This document shows, in pieces, positions 43,153 through 53,355 of a stretch of DNA of 64,000 nt. The number at the start of each line of letters is the position of its first letter. The stretch's first letter is position 1. Location of the stretch: assembly GCA_000091205.1 (NCBI GenBank), contig AP006500.2. The stretch is one strand, 5' to 3'. The position numbers and the translations under genes were made by a program. The DNA comes from Cyanidioschyzon merolae. Its lineage: Eukaryota. The notes under the pieces are model-generated. The model was not told the DNA's origin. It made no database searches and saw nothing but the letters and a program-made list of their open reading frames with translations.

Positions 43153-44423
43153 TTATACGGATCTTTAATATGTCCAAGAAGACAGGCTTTCACGACCATC
43201 TCGTCGTACTGTCGTCTTTCTTGCAGTCTTCGACGTAAGGCCTCCCCCTTTTGCCTCTTTTCCGCTTCCTTTTCCTCTCGACTTGGCACTGTTTCTTGTT
43301 TTTTTTTTCTGGCAGCCGGCGACAATTGGTCCCCATGATCGTCGACTTGATTTTTCAATTCTTTCCTTTTTAATTTTTGAATATGAACGCTCTTTGAAAG
43401 CCTCTACTATAACCAGCAAAAAATCACTTAAAAACTTTTGTTTGAGGTTTGAAACACAATCGAATTGAAAAACTATACTTTGCTACGACTTTAACGCAAA
43501 GACCACTTGTAAGTTACAGCAACGCGCTGATGATCTGGATCTCATTCCCCGTCAACGGCGACGTACACATCGTGAAAGCCTGATATGGAGGTGCGTGTAT
43601 CGACCGTGCTTAATAGAAAAGAACAAAAACAAACAATTGACTAGCAATTCGATGATATTTTCGTTCAACTCTCATGGTATATGTTAAAAGGAGGAAAAAC
43701 TTTCCATGTTGTCGAAAGCTTACGATCTAGGCGGAAGGTCCCGCGACCCTGACGCCTTTGCCGGGCTCGCGCTTGGTGCCCCCAACAATGACTGGTGCTT
43801 TGGTTAGATATGAGCAGCTCGTACACAACACACTTTATTCTGGGACTAGGAGCGGGTAGACTGCCTCTGGGCGTCGCACTGGTCGGGTTGCTCTCCTTGC
43901 ACATCGCTTCGCGCTGCTCCAAAAGGTACGTCTTTCTGCGCAGTTTGCATGCTCCGAGAATGACAATGTATCCCGACTCCGCGTCGAATGGACTACGCCT
44001 CGAGCCGACGCCCTCAGCTGGTATAGCAAAGCAGTTCTATCTCCATGCTGGATGCGCACCAGCCGTAAAAGCGCTTTGGCGGGTGCATCAAGGCAGGTAC
44101 TCGGCGTCAGAATAGAACGTACAAAAGGACCGGTACATCCGAAAGGAAGTGCAAGTGATGAAACTTGGAGGTAGGGTGCAGCATGATAATCGATTTTCCA
44201 ATTATCAATATCCGTCCCGCAATCTGGGATCATCCGTGGTCAACGTAAGCGGTTTGTCATTGGAAACAAAATCAACGCAAAAGACGCCATTGGGTTTGTG
44301 CACGCGTTTCGGGACGCCTCAGCTTTCTTGTTGTTTGTGAACAGTTTCTCTAGTATCCGGTTCTGCTTCTTTGCTTTTTTGCTGTCATCCCGCTATCTCA
44401 GAAAGTTCTGAGTCGAGCTGTGT

Positions 44424-45167
44424 TTGTGTGTGCGTGCGAGCTCCTGCATGGAAGCACCGACAGCTTCCAGCGATGCTGCTCTATCGAGCCCGGTGGAGTC
44501 GCGGGACGCGCGGCTGCCCGCGGACTCCCTCGAGGCCACAGCTGCGCTGCTGGAGGCACTCTCACGAGTAAAGGAACTGGAAGGAGAACTGGCCAACGAA
44601 CGCCGTCGGCGTATTGCTTTGGAAAACGAAGTGCAACAGCAGAAAGCGCTGAACGTACGCATCCAGCAGCAGCTGGAAGCCGAAGAAGAGGCCCTAACGA
44701 ACCGCCTGAACAAACGCCTCAGCGAGCTTCGTTTAGAGAAAGAACAGCTCGCTCGTGATATTGAACGAGAGGAGGAGTACTTAACTAATACGCTCCAGCA
44801 GCGCTTGGAGCAACTGAAAAAGGAGAAAATCGACATGGAGAACGCTTTAGAGGCAGAGCAGGAGGCTATTGTCAACCGCCTCCAGCGCGAAGTACAGAAA
44901 CTTCAAAAGGAAAAAGCAGCGTTGGAAAAGCAGCTGAGTCAGTATGCACGCTCGAGCTTGGATCTACCGCCCGCAACACCGAGTGACTCCGAAAGCGAGC
45001 GCGACATTGTTCGCAGGCGGCGTTCATTCAGCCGCGACTCCAGTCCACGTGTATCCGCTGCCGCTTTCCGGGCACGTCTGGAGCAGACTCGTCTAGCCGG
45101 CCATAGCAGTTCAAGTGCGCACACCACACCACCTGGTACGCCGCCTCGTCCGAAAGATCAAGCATGA
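44424..45167 (+). CDS. CCDC6-like coiled-coil protein (DUF2046 family)
   Basis: The characteristic periodic blocks are EEEALTNRLNKRLSELRLEKEQL, EEEYLTNTLQQRLEQLKKEKIDMENALEAEQEAIVNRLQREVQKLQKEK and a Ser-rich C-terminal tail. Together they match the CCDC6 family pattern (EEEFLTN.L.+KL..L..EK..LE..LE.EQE.(Q)VN+L). Confidence 0.55.
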   Translation: MCVRASSCMEAPTASSDAALSSPVESRDARLPADSLEATAALLEALSRVKELEGELANERRRRIALENEVQQQKALNVRIQQQLEAEEEALTNRLNKRLSELRLEKEQLARDIEREEEYLTNTLQQRLEQLKKEKIDMENALEAEQEAIVNRLQREVQKLQKEKAALEKQLSQYARSSLDLPPATPSDSESERDIVRRRRSFSRDSSPRVSAAAFRARLEQTRLAGHSSSSAHTTPPGTPPRPKDQA

Positions 45168-45902
45168 TATGACGAGTGGAGTGCGGAATGGGCGTAGCCA
45201 CGAAGCCTTCGACACCCTCGGGTCGCTTCACCAAAGGCCCGCGCCCATGCTCCCATGCATCCGTCGGAAATCGTCGTCACCTTCACACATTCGCAGTTGT
45301 ATTGAATCTCATTCTTGCTGTCATCCATGACGAAGAAGGATTCCATGCGGAGCGTATTTTCGCGTAATGAACTCTTTCGTGTTTGCCGCTTAAACCGACG
45401 ATACGATTCACGAGAAACGCTTGAAAAGTAGCGCACGCGTGGAAACAGATTTTGCGGTCACAGAGCGGATACATAGAAGCGTGCATTTCGTGTTCACAAA
45501 AGCTCTGTGCACCTGTGTTGCCCTAAATCTTGCCTCGTTCTCACCGCCACGTTTCTAAAATAGCAAGCTAGAGGAGGAGTTGTTTTGCCGCCTCAGCCAC
45601 TGCACTGACGTTCTGCACCCACACCTACTGCCGTTACCGGACGATACCGGGGCTGCATGAACCACGGTCAACGTCGTCACTCGGATGCCGCCACAGAGAA
45701 CATCCTTGGTAACGCCACGGTCCGGATGTCGAAGGCGCTTTGCCTATGAAGCGCGTCCTAGCGTCGATCAGCATACACACCCGACGGGTTTTCCATGCAT
45801 GGTCCAGCCACGAAACAACTCGGACTCCAAGATATATGCGCTCGAGTCCCAAACTTGGTTCCTTCCTGTGAACAAATCCCGTCGCGACACCGCTCTATTC
45901 AA

Positions 45903-46916
45903 CTACCCCATCCGGATCGCCAAGAAAGCAACGAACCATAGCGCGATGGCAACCGCTACCAATAGCCACTGGGAGCAGATGGAGCGCACCCGTTCGTTCA
46001 CGTAGGTCTGCAGCCTTCCCTGCTGCGTTCGGACACTCTCCAGATTCCGCTCCAACTTGGGTTGCATCCGATCCAATATCTCATTGTCTCGCGTCACCGA
46101 TTCTTCAATCTGTTCTGCATGCTCACGTATGCGACCTACGGTATCCGATAAGACCTCAACGTACCTGTCCTGAAGCTGGAAATGCGCGAGAACCCCATCT
46201 GGTGCTTTGATGGCATATCGCGAGCTCGTCGATGAGACTTGTCCGGTGGGGTCCGCTGCGACCGATGGAAGCTCCAACCAGGTATGCTCCTTGCCAGGGT
46301 GGCTTCGTCGGCGTCGCAGTACAGGCTGTTTGATTTCCTGCCCTTCTTCTCGTTTCGTTTCCATAGGCTCAAACAACTTAAAAAAAGGAGCGTATTCCGC
46401 GAGCGTCTCAGCAACGACGGTCTCGGGGTCGGACTGCTCCCTCCGAGGCAACGCTTCGGCAGACGCCAGGCGCTCCACTCCAGGCGCTGCCTCGGTCACT
46501 TTGTCTAGTCGTCGCTCGACGAGCTTGTCTAGCTTATTGAACCATTGCAGAAAGGCGTCAAGTTGGCCCTCGATATCAACGCTTGGCAGTTCACCGTCCG
46601 GAGACTGTCGGCGCAAAGCCGTAACCACCTCTTTGAGAGCGACTAGGTACACCCTGAGATGCTCAGTACGCACGAGCAACTTGCCAAGCGTAGGTACGCT
46701 CACCGTTGTATCCGCGTTATTCGGGATGGAATGCAGTAGGTCTTCGAGTTCTCGCAAACGGTTCCCGATGGTTCCAGTGAGCTTCTTGGAGACGCGCCTC
46801 AGCTCTGCAGGCGAACCCGTGAGCAGGTCCCGAGCGATGCACGCTTTGGGTACTTGCACTCTTTCCAGAACCGGCTGGTGTCCGAGACTTGAGCCTTTTC
46901 GCAGCATCATTCTCAA
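45903..46916 (-). CDS. Tail-anchored SNARE-like protein (coiled-coil plus C-terminal TM anchor)
   Basis: There is a C-terminal heptad-repeat helix (EQIEESVTRDNEILDRMQPKLERNLESVRTQQGRLQTYVNE). A single TM segment (WLLVAVAIALWFVAFLAI) immediately follows it, 3 residues from the stop. That is the Q-SNARE topology. Confidence 0.4.
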   Translation of the reverse strand: MRMMLRKGSSLGHQPVLERVQVPKACIARDLLTGSPAELRRVSKKLTGTIGNRLRELEDLLHSIPNNADTTVSVPTLGKLLVRTEHLRVYLVALKEVVTALRRQSPDGELPSVDIEGQLDAFLQWFNKLDKLVERRLDKVTEAAPGVERLASAEALPRREQSDPETVVAETLAEYAPFFKLFEPMETKREEGQEIKQPVLRRRRSHPGKEHTWLELPSVAADPTGQVSSTSSRYAIKAPDGVLAHFQLQDRYVEVLSDTVGRIREHAEQIEESVTRDNEILDRMQPKLERNLESVRTQQGRLQTYVNERVRSICSQWLLVAVAIALWFVAFLAIRMG

Positions 46917-48083
46917 CCAGCAGAAACGGAGATGAGTTCCGTGGACGCATACATCAGCGAGGCAGCGTCCCGTTGGGAAGACCCGAACCGCTAGACAATG
47001 TTAGAACACGTTCGCAGCAACGCCTGATGCGGGTGCAGCGAAGCGGTACACTTCTACGGCGAGTTTCGGTGTATGAAAGTGCCCTGAAAGCGATCTTTAG
47101 AGTGTGCTGGCCATGGCGCTGCGGTGCAAACTACCTGTAATGTGACAGGAACGTCTAGGAAACGGAAACGTTCTAATACAGTAAAAGCAAACCTAAGATT
47201 ACGTGAATCCTCGTCACCAAAATCGGTGTAAAATAGAACGGATCCACTACTCCAACCCAGACGTTCACAAACTAGTGCGGGTCTATCGCTGCTCTAGTGA
47301 CCACTAACCTCTGCGGACTTTTTCTGAGACAAATCGTTTCCCTCTCTCTTATCTGCGGCTTTAAAGATGCCAGTCTCTCACGTCCGTCTATTTCTGTTGT
47401 TAGCAGTCGAAGGATGTGGATCACACTTTTGAAATCCCTATTCCGCAGTTTCCGAAAACTGTGCACGCATTCCGAGCATAGGGAAAAGTTACGAGCAACA
47501 CATCGTTTGCGGTTTTCATCTTTTTGGTGCAGAGGCTCGATGCACGCTTCGCAGCAATGACACTCGGGTGCGTTCAGGTGTTTTTGTATGTCCACTAAAC
47601 GTCTTCTTCCGAAGGCTGCCGCACTGCGGCGCGCGAAGGCTTGCTACATCGTTTAGTACAGTCCCATAACGGGCACAGAAGGCTGGCTTCGATTTCCTCG
47701 ACAGTTCCACGTCCGGTAACGGACCCAATAATCGCCGGCTTCCTTTGGGCGATCACCTGAGCGAGTACGACGTCCGCTGTATGTGCAAGCGCATGCTGTT
47801 CTGCCCGATAAAGGATTCTTGGAACGCGCTTTTTTCAACGATGACACGAGTGTTGGAAGGGAAATAGGGGCAAGAGAAGAAGTCGAGAAATTTCGATACA
47901 TCTACGCCTCCTTCGTGCGAAGCGCTGGCGCACTCTCCTCTATCGCAATGGATCGTGTTGATGACTCAGGTCCAATTACCAGACCCGTTTCCGTTCAGGC
48001 AGAAGAGACCGGAGCACCTGGGAGCATATACCGTGAAAGGTGCCATGCTACTGTCGAGCGTCATTTCCTCGATGGCTTCAAGG

Positions 48084-48120
48084 AGAGGAGGATTTGTGTT
48101 TCGAACGGAATCGCCTCTTT
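48084..48120. repeat. Orphan ~35-bp fragment of the dispersed-repeat core (aggaggatttgNNtttcgaacggaatcgNct)
   Basis: It matches the repeat at 26553-26587 and its equivalents, with 11 + 15 exact bases separated by 2 mismatches. Confidence 0.5.
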
Positions 48121-49899
48121 GAAATGACATACGCAGTGAGCTTTCAGCATGGGCTTGAAAAATAATCTTCAAGGAGCAACGTCGGGATACTTTCCTTGTC
48201 AATCCCCGTACGCGAAATGCCGCATCTACCAGTTGCCTTGAGACACGAAGATCGAAAACATGAACCATGCGTGATTCGAGCTTGCATTATGTGAGGAAAA
48301 GAGAAGCGTCGAAAGTTGTACATTTGAATTGGATAGTGATACAGCCTGTTTTACGAACTCTTGTTCAATGGCGTCGCGAATCATCTTGACTCCGGTGACG
48401 TAAAGTAATCCAACGGCAAAGCGTGGAAGGAGCCGCTCCTGAAATACGTCCGAGAATCCTCAAACGATCATTGAATATGTAAGCCCTAACTGCTGCACTT
48501 CGAATGGCGACGCTGATCATCAAACAATTTCGAACAAAAATCTCAAGCAGGACATAGTGAGCAGTTCAACGTTCCATGGATATCTGACTCACGTGGCACA
48601 TATGCGAGTGGGCTCTCGGGATTGCTGTTGGCCAGCAGCTCATTCAATACGTATGCTTCTCGACGCTTGCCGACGCGTTGCGTCAAATATGAAGCGCTTG
48701 GACATGGAAGTACTCTCCTAGCCGCCGATCAAAACAGCGCCAGCGAAGATCCCTCTTTTGACTCACCAATATTGCACCTAACAAACGCAACGAAAGGGCC
48801 GCTGCTGCAGCGGCCACCACACGCTTGGTGCTGGGGGACACACGACGCTGGCTTCCTTGCTGGCGATGTTTCCGTATTTCATGACGAAGAACTACACGAA
48901 GAAAATCATAAAGTTCGTGTCGCCTTTGCGCTTTCCATAACGGAAAGCAGGCAGATGGTCCACCTGGCTGGCCCTGGTATTGGATCAGTTCCCCTAAGGT
49001 CTTTGTCAAGAATTGCAAGCGGATCGGAAGCGTTCTAGCTGAGGATCTCGATGCTCGCGCATAAGAATATCAACCCCATGCAACATATGGGCGCCGCATC
49101 AAACATACCTGGCCTGTCTTTCCTCCTGGTGTCAAGTCGCAGAACTTGAATGTCCCTCCTTGCATAAAAAAGCGCGAGAGAAAAGCGTGAGTATACGCGA
49201 CGCTTCCCGACGGACTCCAATCCTTGGTTTGCACGCGGCAAGTACTTCACTGTTGATCGGGCTATGTGCAGCAAGCGATGTGCGCCTAACAGACACAGGG
49301 TACCAGCAGCCTCCCGCAAGTCCTGCGGTAGCTGGCAACAACCTACATGGTATCGCCCTCGCTGCTCAGCAGCAGCGCGCCAATTGAAAGCACCTATGGC
49401 CCGCTTCTGCAGCAGACGCGCTCTGTGGTAAAGCAAAGCCGTTCTGACTCCTTGCTACGACCGCACCAGCGATATAGGCGCTATCGGGGCTGCTCAGGGC
49501 AGGCACGCAGCCCAAGATAGAACGTGGAAAATACCTAGGAGGGAACGTATCGGTCGTGGAACTCATACGGAACGATGGACGTTTGGCCAATCGATACTAT
49601 AAAGCCCTCAATTGGTAAACCTGGGTCTCTCTCTCCCTGTATATATGTACATATGCGTGTGGGTGTCAAAGATGTTTCCGACAATAAAAAGAAACAGAGC
49701 ATCTGTCGAGAGCCCCTGCATGCCTCGTCGAAGCGTCTCCCAGGAAAGCGCCCGTGTCATCGATCAGGAGGGATTACTTGGGGGTGCTTTGGTAGGCACC
49801 CCCGAAATGTCGCGACGCGCGCTGTTGCCCAGTCGCAATCTCGATTCGTGAACGTACCTACGCTCTAGATTCTCTTCTGGGTCGAAAACTCACTCAGTT

Positions 49900-52800
49900 A
49901 TGACGGGAGAGAGTGTGAGTGTGCAATACCAGCCCGACGGAGTTGCCATCATCGTTTTTTCTGCTCCTCCAGTGAATGCGCTTTCGGTGAACCTACGGCG
50001 TTTGCTGGCTTTGAACGTCGCGAACGTTGTTGCTGATCGGCGGGCGAAGGCGATCGTGCTGTATGGTGGCGAGAGCACCTTCTCGGCCGGGGCTGACGTC
50101 GGCGAGTTCCCTGAAAAGCTTGGAAGTGCGGAGAATATTATCTCTTTGGATACGGAGCCGTTCAAGACGCTGCTAGAGACTAGTCCGAAGCCGACTGTGG
50201 CCTGTATCACAGGCACAGCGCTTGGCGGAGGCCTGGAGCTCGCCCTCGCGTGCCACTTTCGCGTTGCTCTATCGGATGCAAAGCTTGGACTTCCGGAGCT
50301 CAGACTGGGCCTTATCCCCGGTCTTGGTGGTACCCAGCGTCTTCCCAGACTGATCGGCGTTGAGCCAGCACTCGATATGATTATGCACTCGCGAATCATT
50401 GACGGCGAGGAAGCGCATCGCTGCGGGCTCGTCGACCGTCTCGTTCCAGCGAGTCGTCGAGAGACGTTACTGCGAGAGGCCTGTGCTGTAGCCCTGGAAG
50501 TCGCCTCAGATCCTCAAAAGATGCCGCCACCGCTATTAACCCGAACGGACAAGCTTGGGAATGCCGACGTTGAGAAAATTCGCAGCAAGTATCTGCCGAG
50601 AGCTGTAGAAATGCGGCAGAAAACTGGTCAGATCCAGTTTGAAAGCTGTGTCCGAGCTGTCCTCGAAGGCATTGAGCGTGGTGGTGGCGATGCTGGCTGG
50701 GCACTAGAAGCGGAGCTTTTTCGACAGTGCGCGGCGTCGGAGGCATCACGAGCTCTCATTCATGTCTTTCTTGCCTCGCGAAGAACAGTGACGAATTTTA
50801 AGGCAGAGCCGCACCTTCATGAGCCTCGGACAGTTGCGGTGATCGGCGGTGGCCTCATGGGAAGCGGGATTGCAGCATGTATCCTACAAAATGGTGGACG
50901 CGTCGTCTTGAAAGAAGTCAATGAAAATGCCCTTGCTGCAGCTATACAGCGTATTGAGGCTATCTTGAGCCGCGCCAAGGTCGACACCGCGGATGCCAGG
51001 CGGCGACTTCAAGGCACGATCGAATTCGACAAAAAGCTTTTCAGTGATGTAGACCTCGTCGTCGAGGCAGCCGTCGAAAATGTACAAGCGAAGCAAGGCA
51101 TCTTTCGATCGCTGGCGGAATGCACGGGACCACACTGCATTCTGGCGACCAACACCAGCACGATCAACTTGGACTTGATCGGTGAAGCGATTCCGCAAGT
51201 CCATAAGGAAGGGCGTCTGATTGGTGCACACTTCTTCAGTCCTGCACATGTTATGCCACTCCTGGAAATTGTACGTGCGAACCGCACCAGAAACCGCGCA
51301 GTGCAGATGGTGCTTGCGTTTGCGAAACATCTGCGGAAAACACCAATCATTGTGGGCAACTGCGCCGGTTTTGCCGTGAACCGAATGTACTTCCCCCAGA
51401 CCCAAATGGCGTTCTTTCTCACTGAGTACCTCGGTATTCATCCATACGACATCGATCGTGCATGTCAAGAGGTGCTTGGTCTGCCAATGGGACCCTTCGG
51501 CCTTGCGGATCTCGTCGGTCTCGACATCTGTGATTCTGTGAACCAGGTTTTTAGCATGTCGTATCCCGAGCGAGTTTGTAGCCTCAGCATCGCGGGCAAG
51601 TTGATTGAGATGGGCAGAAAAGGTCAGAAGAGCGGTGCTGGCTTTTACCGCTACGGTGCGGATCATCGCAAACCGATCGAAGATAGGGAGATGTTGGATC
51701 CGCTCCTTGCCTCTATGACGCCGCCACCGCTGCGCGAGCCATTAACGCCGTTAGACATCGTGCAGATGATTTTCTTCCCGGTCGTCAACGAGGCCATGCG
51801 GGTTCTCGAGGAGCGTATTGCCGACAAAGCAGCTGACCTCGACGTTGCATCGGTGCTTGGCTACGGTTTTCCGGCCTATCGAGGTGGCCTGCTCTACTGG
51901 GCTCAGCATCTTCCCGGCGGGCCGCGTCTCATCCTGGAGCGCCTGCGCGAATGGGATACACGATTCGGTACGCAGTGCCCGCTATTCGCTCCGTCGTTTG
52001 CCCTCGAATGTGCGCTAAGGTCAACTGAACCTGTGCTGGAGCGGCCTCCTCGTCCTCGTTTAGCGACAGGCTCGGACGACGATATCGTGTTCGTGGCCGC
52101 TGTTCGCACCGCGATCGGAAAAGCGGGGCGCGGCCTCCTGAAGGATACGCTCCCCGAAGACATGCTTGCGCCGCTCATCGGGGCGCTCTTGGATCGATCA
52201 GCTGTGAAACCCGCCGAGGTCGGAGACGTTATCGTCGGAACCGCCCTACCTCGTGGTGATGCGGCTGCTGTGAGTTTGCGCGTCGCTGCGCTGTGTGCTG
52301 GCCTTCCTGATACCGTTCCAGTGCGGCTGGTAAATAGGCTGTGTGCGTCGGGGTTGCAGGCTATCGCTGACGCTGCCGCTGCCATTCAGCGAGGCGATTA
52401 TGGTATCGCTATAGCCGGGGGTGTGGAATCCATGTCGATGAATGCTATCCAGTTAAGTCTGGAGCGCAGAAGTCACCGCCTAGCGAGTTGCGCAGCAGCA
52501 GAGGATGCCTATCTCAGTATGGGAGACACCTCGGAAAACGTTGCAGCGCGCTTTGCGATCAGTCGAGCAGCGCAGGATCGCTTCGCAGCTTCGAGTCATG
52601 CTCGAGCGTCACGTGCATCGCTTTCGGGACGCTTCGAGCGAGAAATCCTTCCCATTTCGACACAAGTGTATCCCACCAGGAAAGCGGCGAAGCAAGCAGA
52701 CGGGAACCTCTCCACGGCGGAACGCGCGCCCGCAGTCCCACAACCGGTTGTGGCGCAACGCGATGAGGGTATTCGCTTGGGCGTCACCACTGGAGCGTTG

Positions 52801-53337
52801 GCCAAGCTCCCGCCAGTCTTCCGAAAGCAGGGTACCACTACAGCTGGGAATAGCTCCCAAGTCAGCGATGGAGCGGCACTGGTACTCTTAATGAAGCGCA
52901 GCGAGGCACGGCGGCGGGGTCTCCGGCCGCTGGGAACGTTCCGGGCCTTTGCGGTTGCAGGCGTGCCGCCAGCAATCATGGGCATAGGACCCGCGGCCGC
53001 TATTCCGAAGCTACTTTCGCAGGCTGGAGTCGAAGCTAATTTGATTGATCTATACGAAATCAATGAAGCATTTGCCTCTCAGGCGGAATACTGTGTCCAG
53101 AAACTTGGACTCAACCGAGACGTTCTCAATGTGAATGGCGGTGCAATTGCACTCGGTCATCCGTTGGGCATGTCCGGCGCTCGTCTCTGTGTGACGCTCT
53201 TGCACGAGCTTGCTATCCGGGAGGGGCGCTATGGCGTGGTCAGTATGTGTGTTGGTACCGGGATGGGAGCCGCTGCTCTACTGGAACGATGTGAAGATGA
53301 CGGTTTTGATGAGCGACGGTTGCGAGCAGCACTTTAA
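49900..53337 (+). CDS. Fatty-acid beta-oxidation multifunctional enzyme with enoyl-CoA hydratase, 3-hydroxyacyl-CoA dehydrogenase and 3-ketoacyl-CoA thiolase fused in one 1145-aa polypeptide
   Basis: The crotonase fold reads CITGTALGGGLELALACHFRVA...PELRLGLIPGLGGTQRL. The HAD Rossmann motif is VAVIGGGLMGSGIAACIL, with NTS and HFFSPAHVMPLLEIV. The thiolase carries N-terminal DIVFVAAVRTAIGKAG, the active-site Cys NRLCASGLQAI, NEAFASQ, NVNGGAIALGHPLGMSGAR and CVGTGMGAA. There is no stop or frameshift between the FadB-like and FadA-like parts. Confidence 0.8.
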   Translation: MTGESVSVQYQPDGVAIIVFSAPPVNALSVNLRRLLALNVANVVADRRAKAIVLYGGESTFSAGADVGEFPEKLGSAENIISLDTEPFKTLLETSPKPTVACITGTALGGGLELALACHFRVALSDAKLGLPELRLGLIPGLGGTQRLPRLIGVEPALDMIMHSRIIDGEEAHRCGLVDRLVPASRRETLLREACAVALEVASDPQKMPPPLLTRTDKLGNADVEKIRSKYLPRAVEMRQKTGQIQFESCVRAVLEGIERGGGDAGWALEAELFRQCAASEASRALIHVFLASRRTVTNFKAEPHLHEPRTVAVIGGGLMGSGIAACILQNGGRVVLKEVNENALAAAIQRIEAILSRAKVDTADARRRLQGTIEFDKKLFSDVDLVVEAAVENVQAKQGIFRSLAECTGPHCILATNTSTINLDLIGEAIPQVHKEGRLIGAHFFSPAHVMPLLEIVRANRTRNRAVQMVLAFAKHLRKTPIIVGNCAGFAVNRMYFPQTQMAFFLTEYLGIHPYDIDRACQEVLGLPMGPFGLADLVGLDICDSVNQVFSMSYPERVCSLSIAGKLIEMGRKGQKSGAGFYRYGADHRKPIEDREMLDPLLASMTPPPLREPLTPLDIVQMIFFPVVNEAMRVLEERIADKAADLDVASVLGYGFPAYRGGLLYWAQHLPGGPRLILERLREWDTRFGTQCPLFAPSFALECALRSTEPVLERPPRPRLATGSDDDIVFVAAVRTAIGKAGRGLLKDTLPEDMLAPLIGALLDRSAVKPAEVGDVIVGTALPRGDAAAVSLRVAALCAGLPDTVPVRLVNRLCASGLQAIADAAAAIQRGDYGIAIAGGVESMSMNAIQLSLERRSHRLASCAAAEDAYLSMGDTSENVAARFAISRAAQDRFAASSHARASRASLSGRFEREILPISTQVYPTRKAAKQADGNLSTAERAPAVPQPVVAQRDEGIRLGVTTGALAKLPPVFRKQGTTTAGNSSQVSDGAALVLLMKRSEARRRGLRPLGTFRAFAVAGVPPAIMGIGPAAAIPKLLSQAGVEANLIDLYEINEAFASQAEYCVQKLGLNRDVLNVNGGAIALGHPLGMSGARLCVTLLHELAIREGRYGVVSMCVGTGMGAAALLERCEDDGFDERRLRAAL

Positions 53338-53355
53338 AACGATCAGAGCGCTATG

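Larger units (their letters stand above)
41200..43720 (-). mobile_element. AT-rich island carrying a disrupted TnpB/Fanzor-like (OMEGA-family RuvC nuclease) gene
   Basis: There is an abrupt drop in GC content relative to both flanks. Minus-strand ORF fragments in two frames together encode a Lys-rich N-terminus, a GxDxGxxN RuvC-I-like motif ([16 protein letters not shown]), an IPVDEFRTS...C...C segment and a C-terminal NRDFNAAINVRK motif (RuvC-III consensus DxNAAxNI). Confidence 0.55.

Noticed and set aside
43110-43419. Lys/Arg-rich ORFs 43110..43358(-) and 43165..43419(-) as separate genes
   Set aside because: They are more parsimoniously the disordered NLS-like N-terminal part of the TnpB/Fanzor-like gene, in the same orientation and immediately upstream. 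They are not reported as separate CDS.
47272-47595. 107-aa Cys-rich ORF (CHCCEAC...CSEC) as a small zinc-finger protein
   Set aside because: It is an isolated short ORF in an AT-richer stretch with no defined Cys spacing pattern, so I judged it too weak to call.
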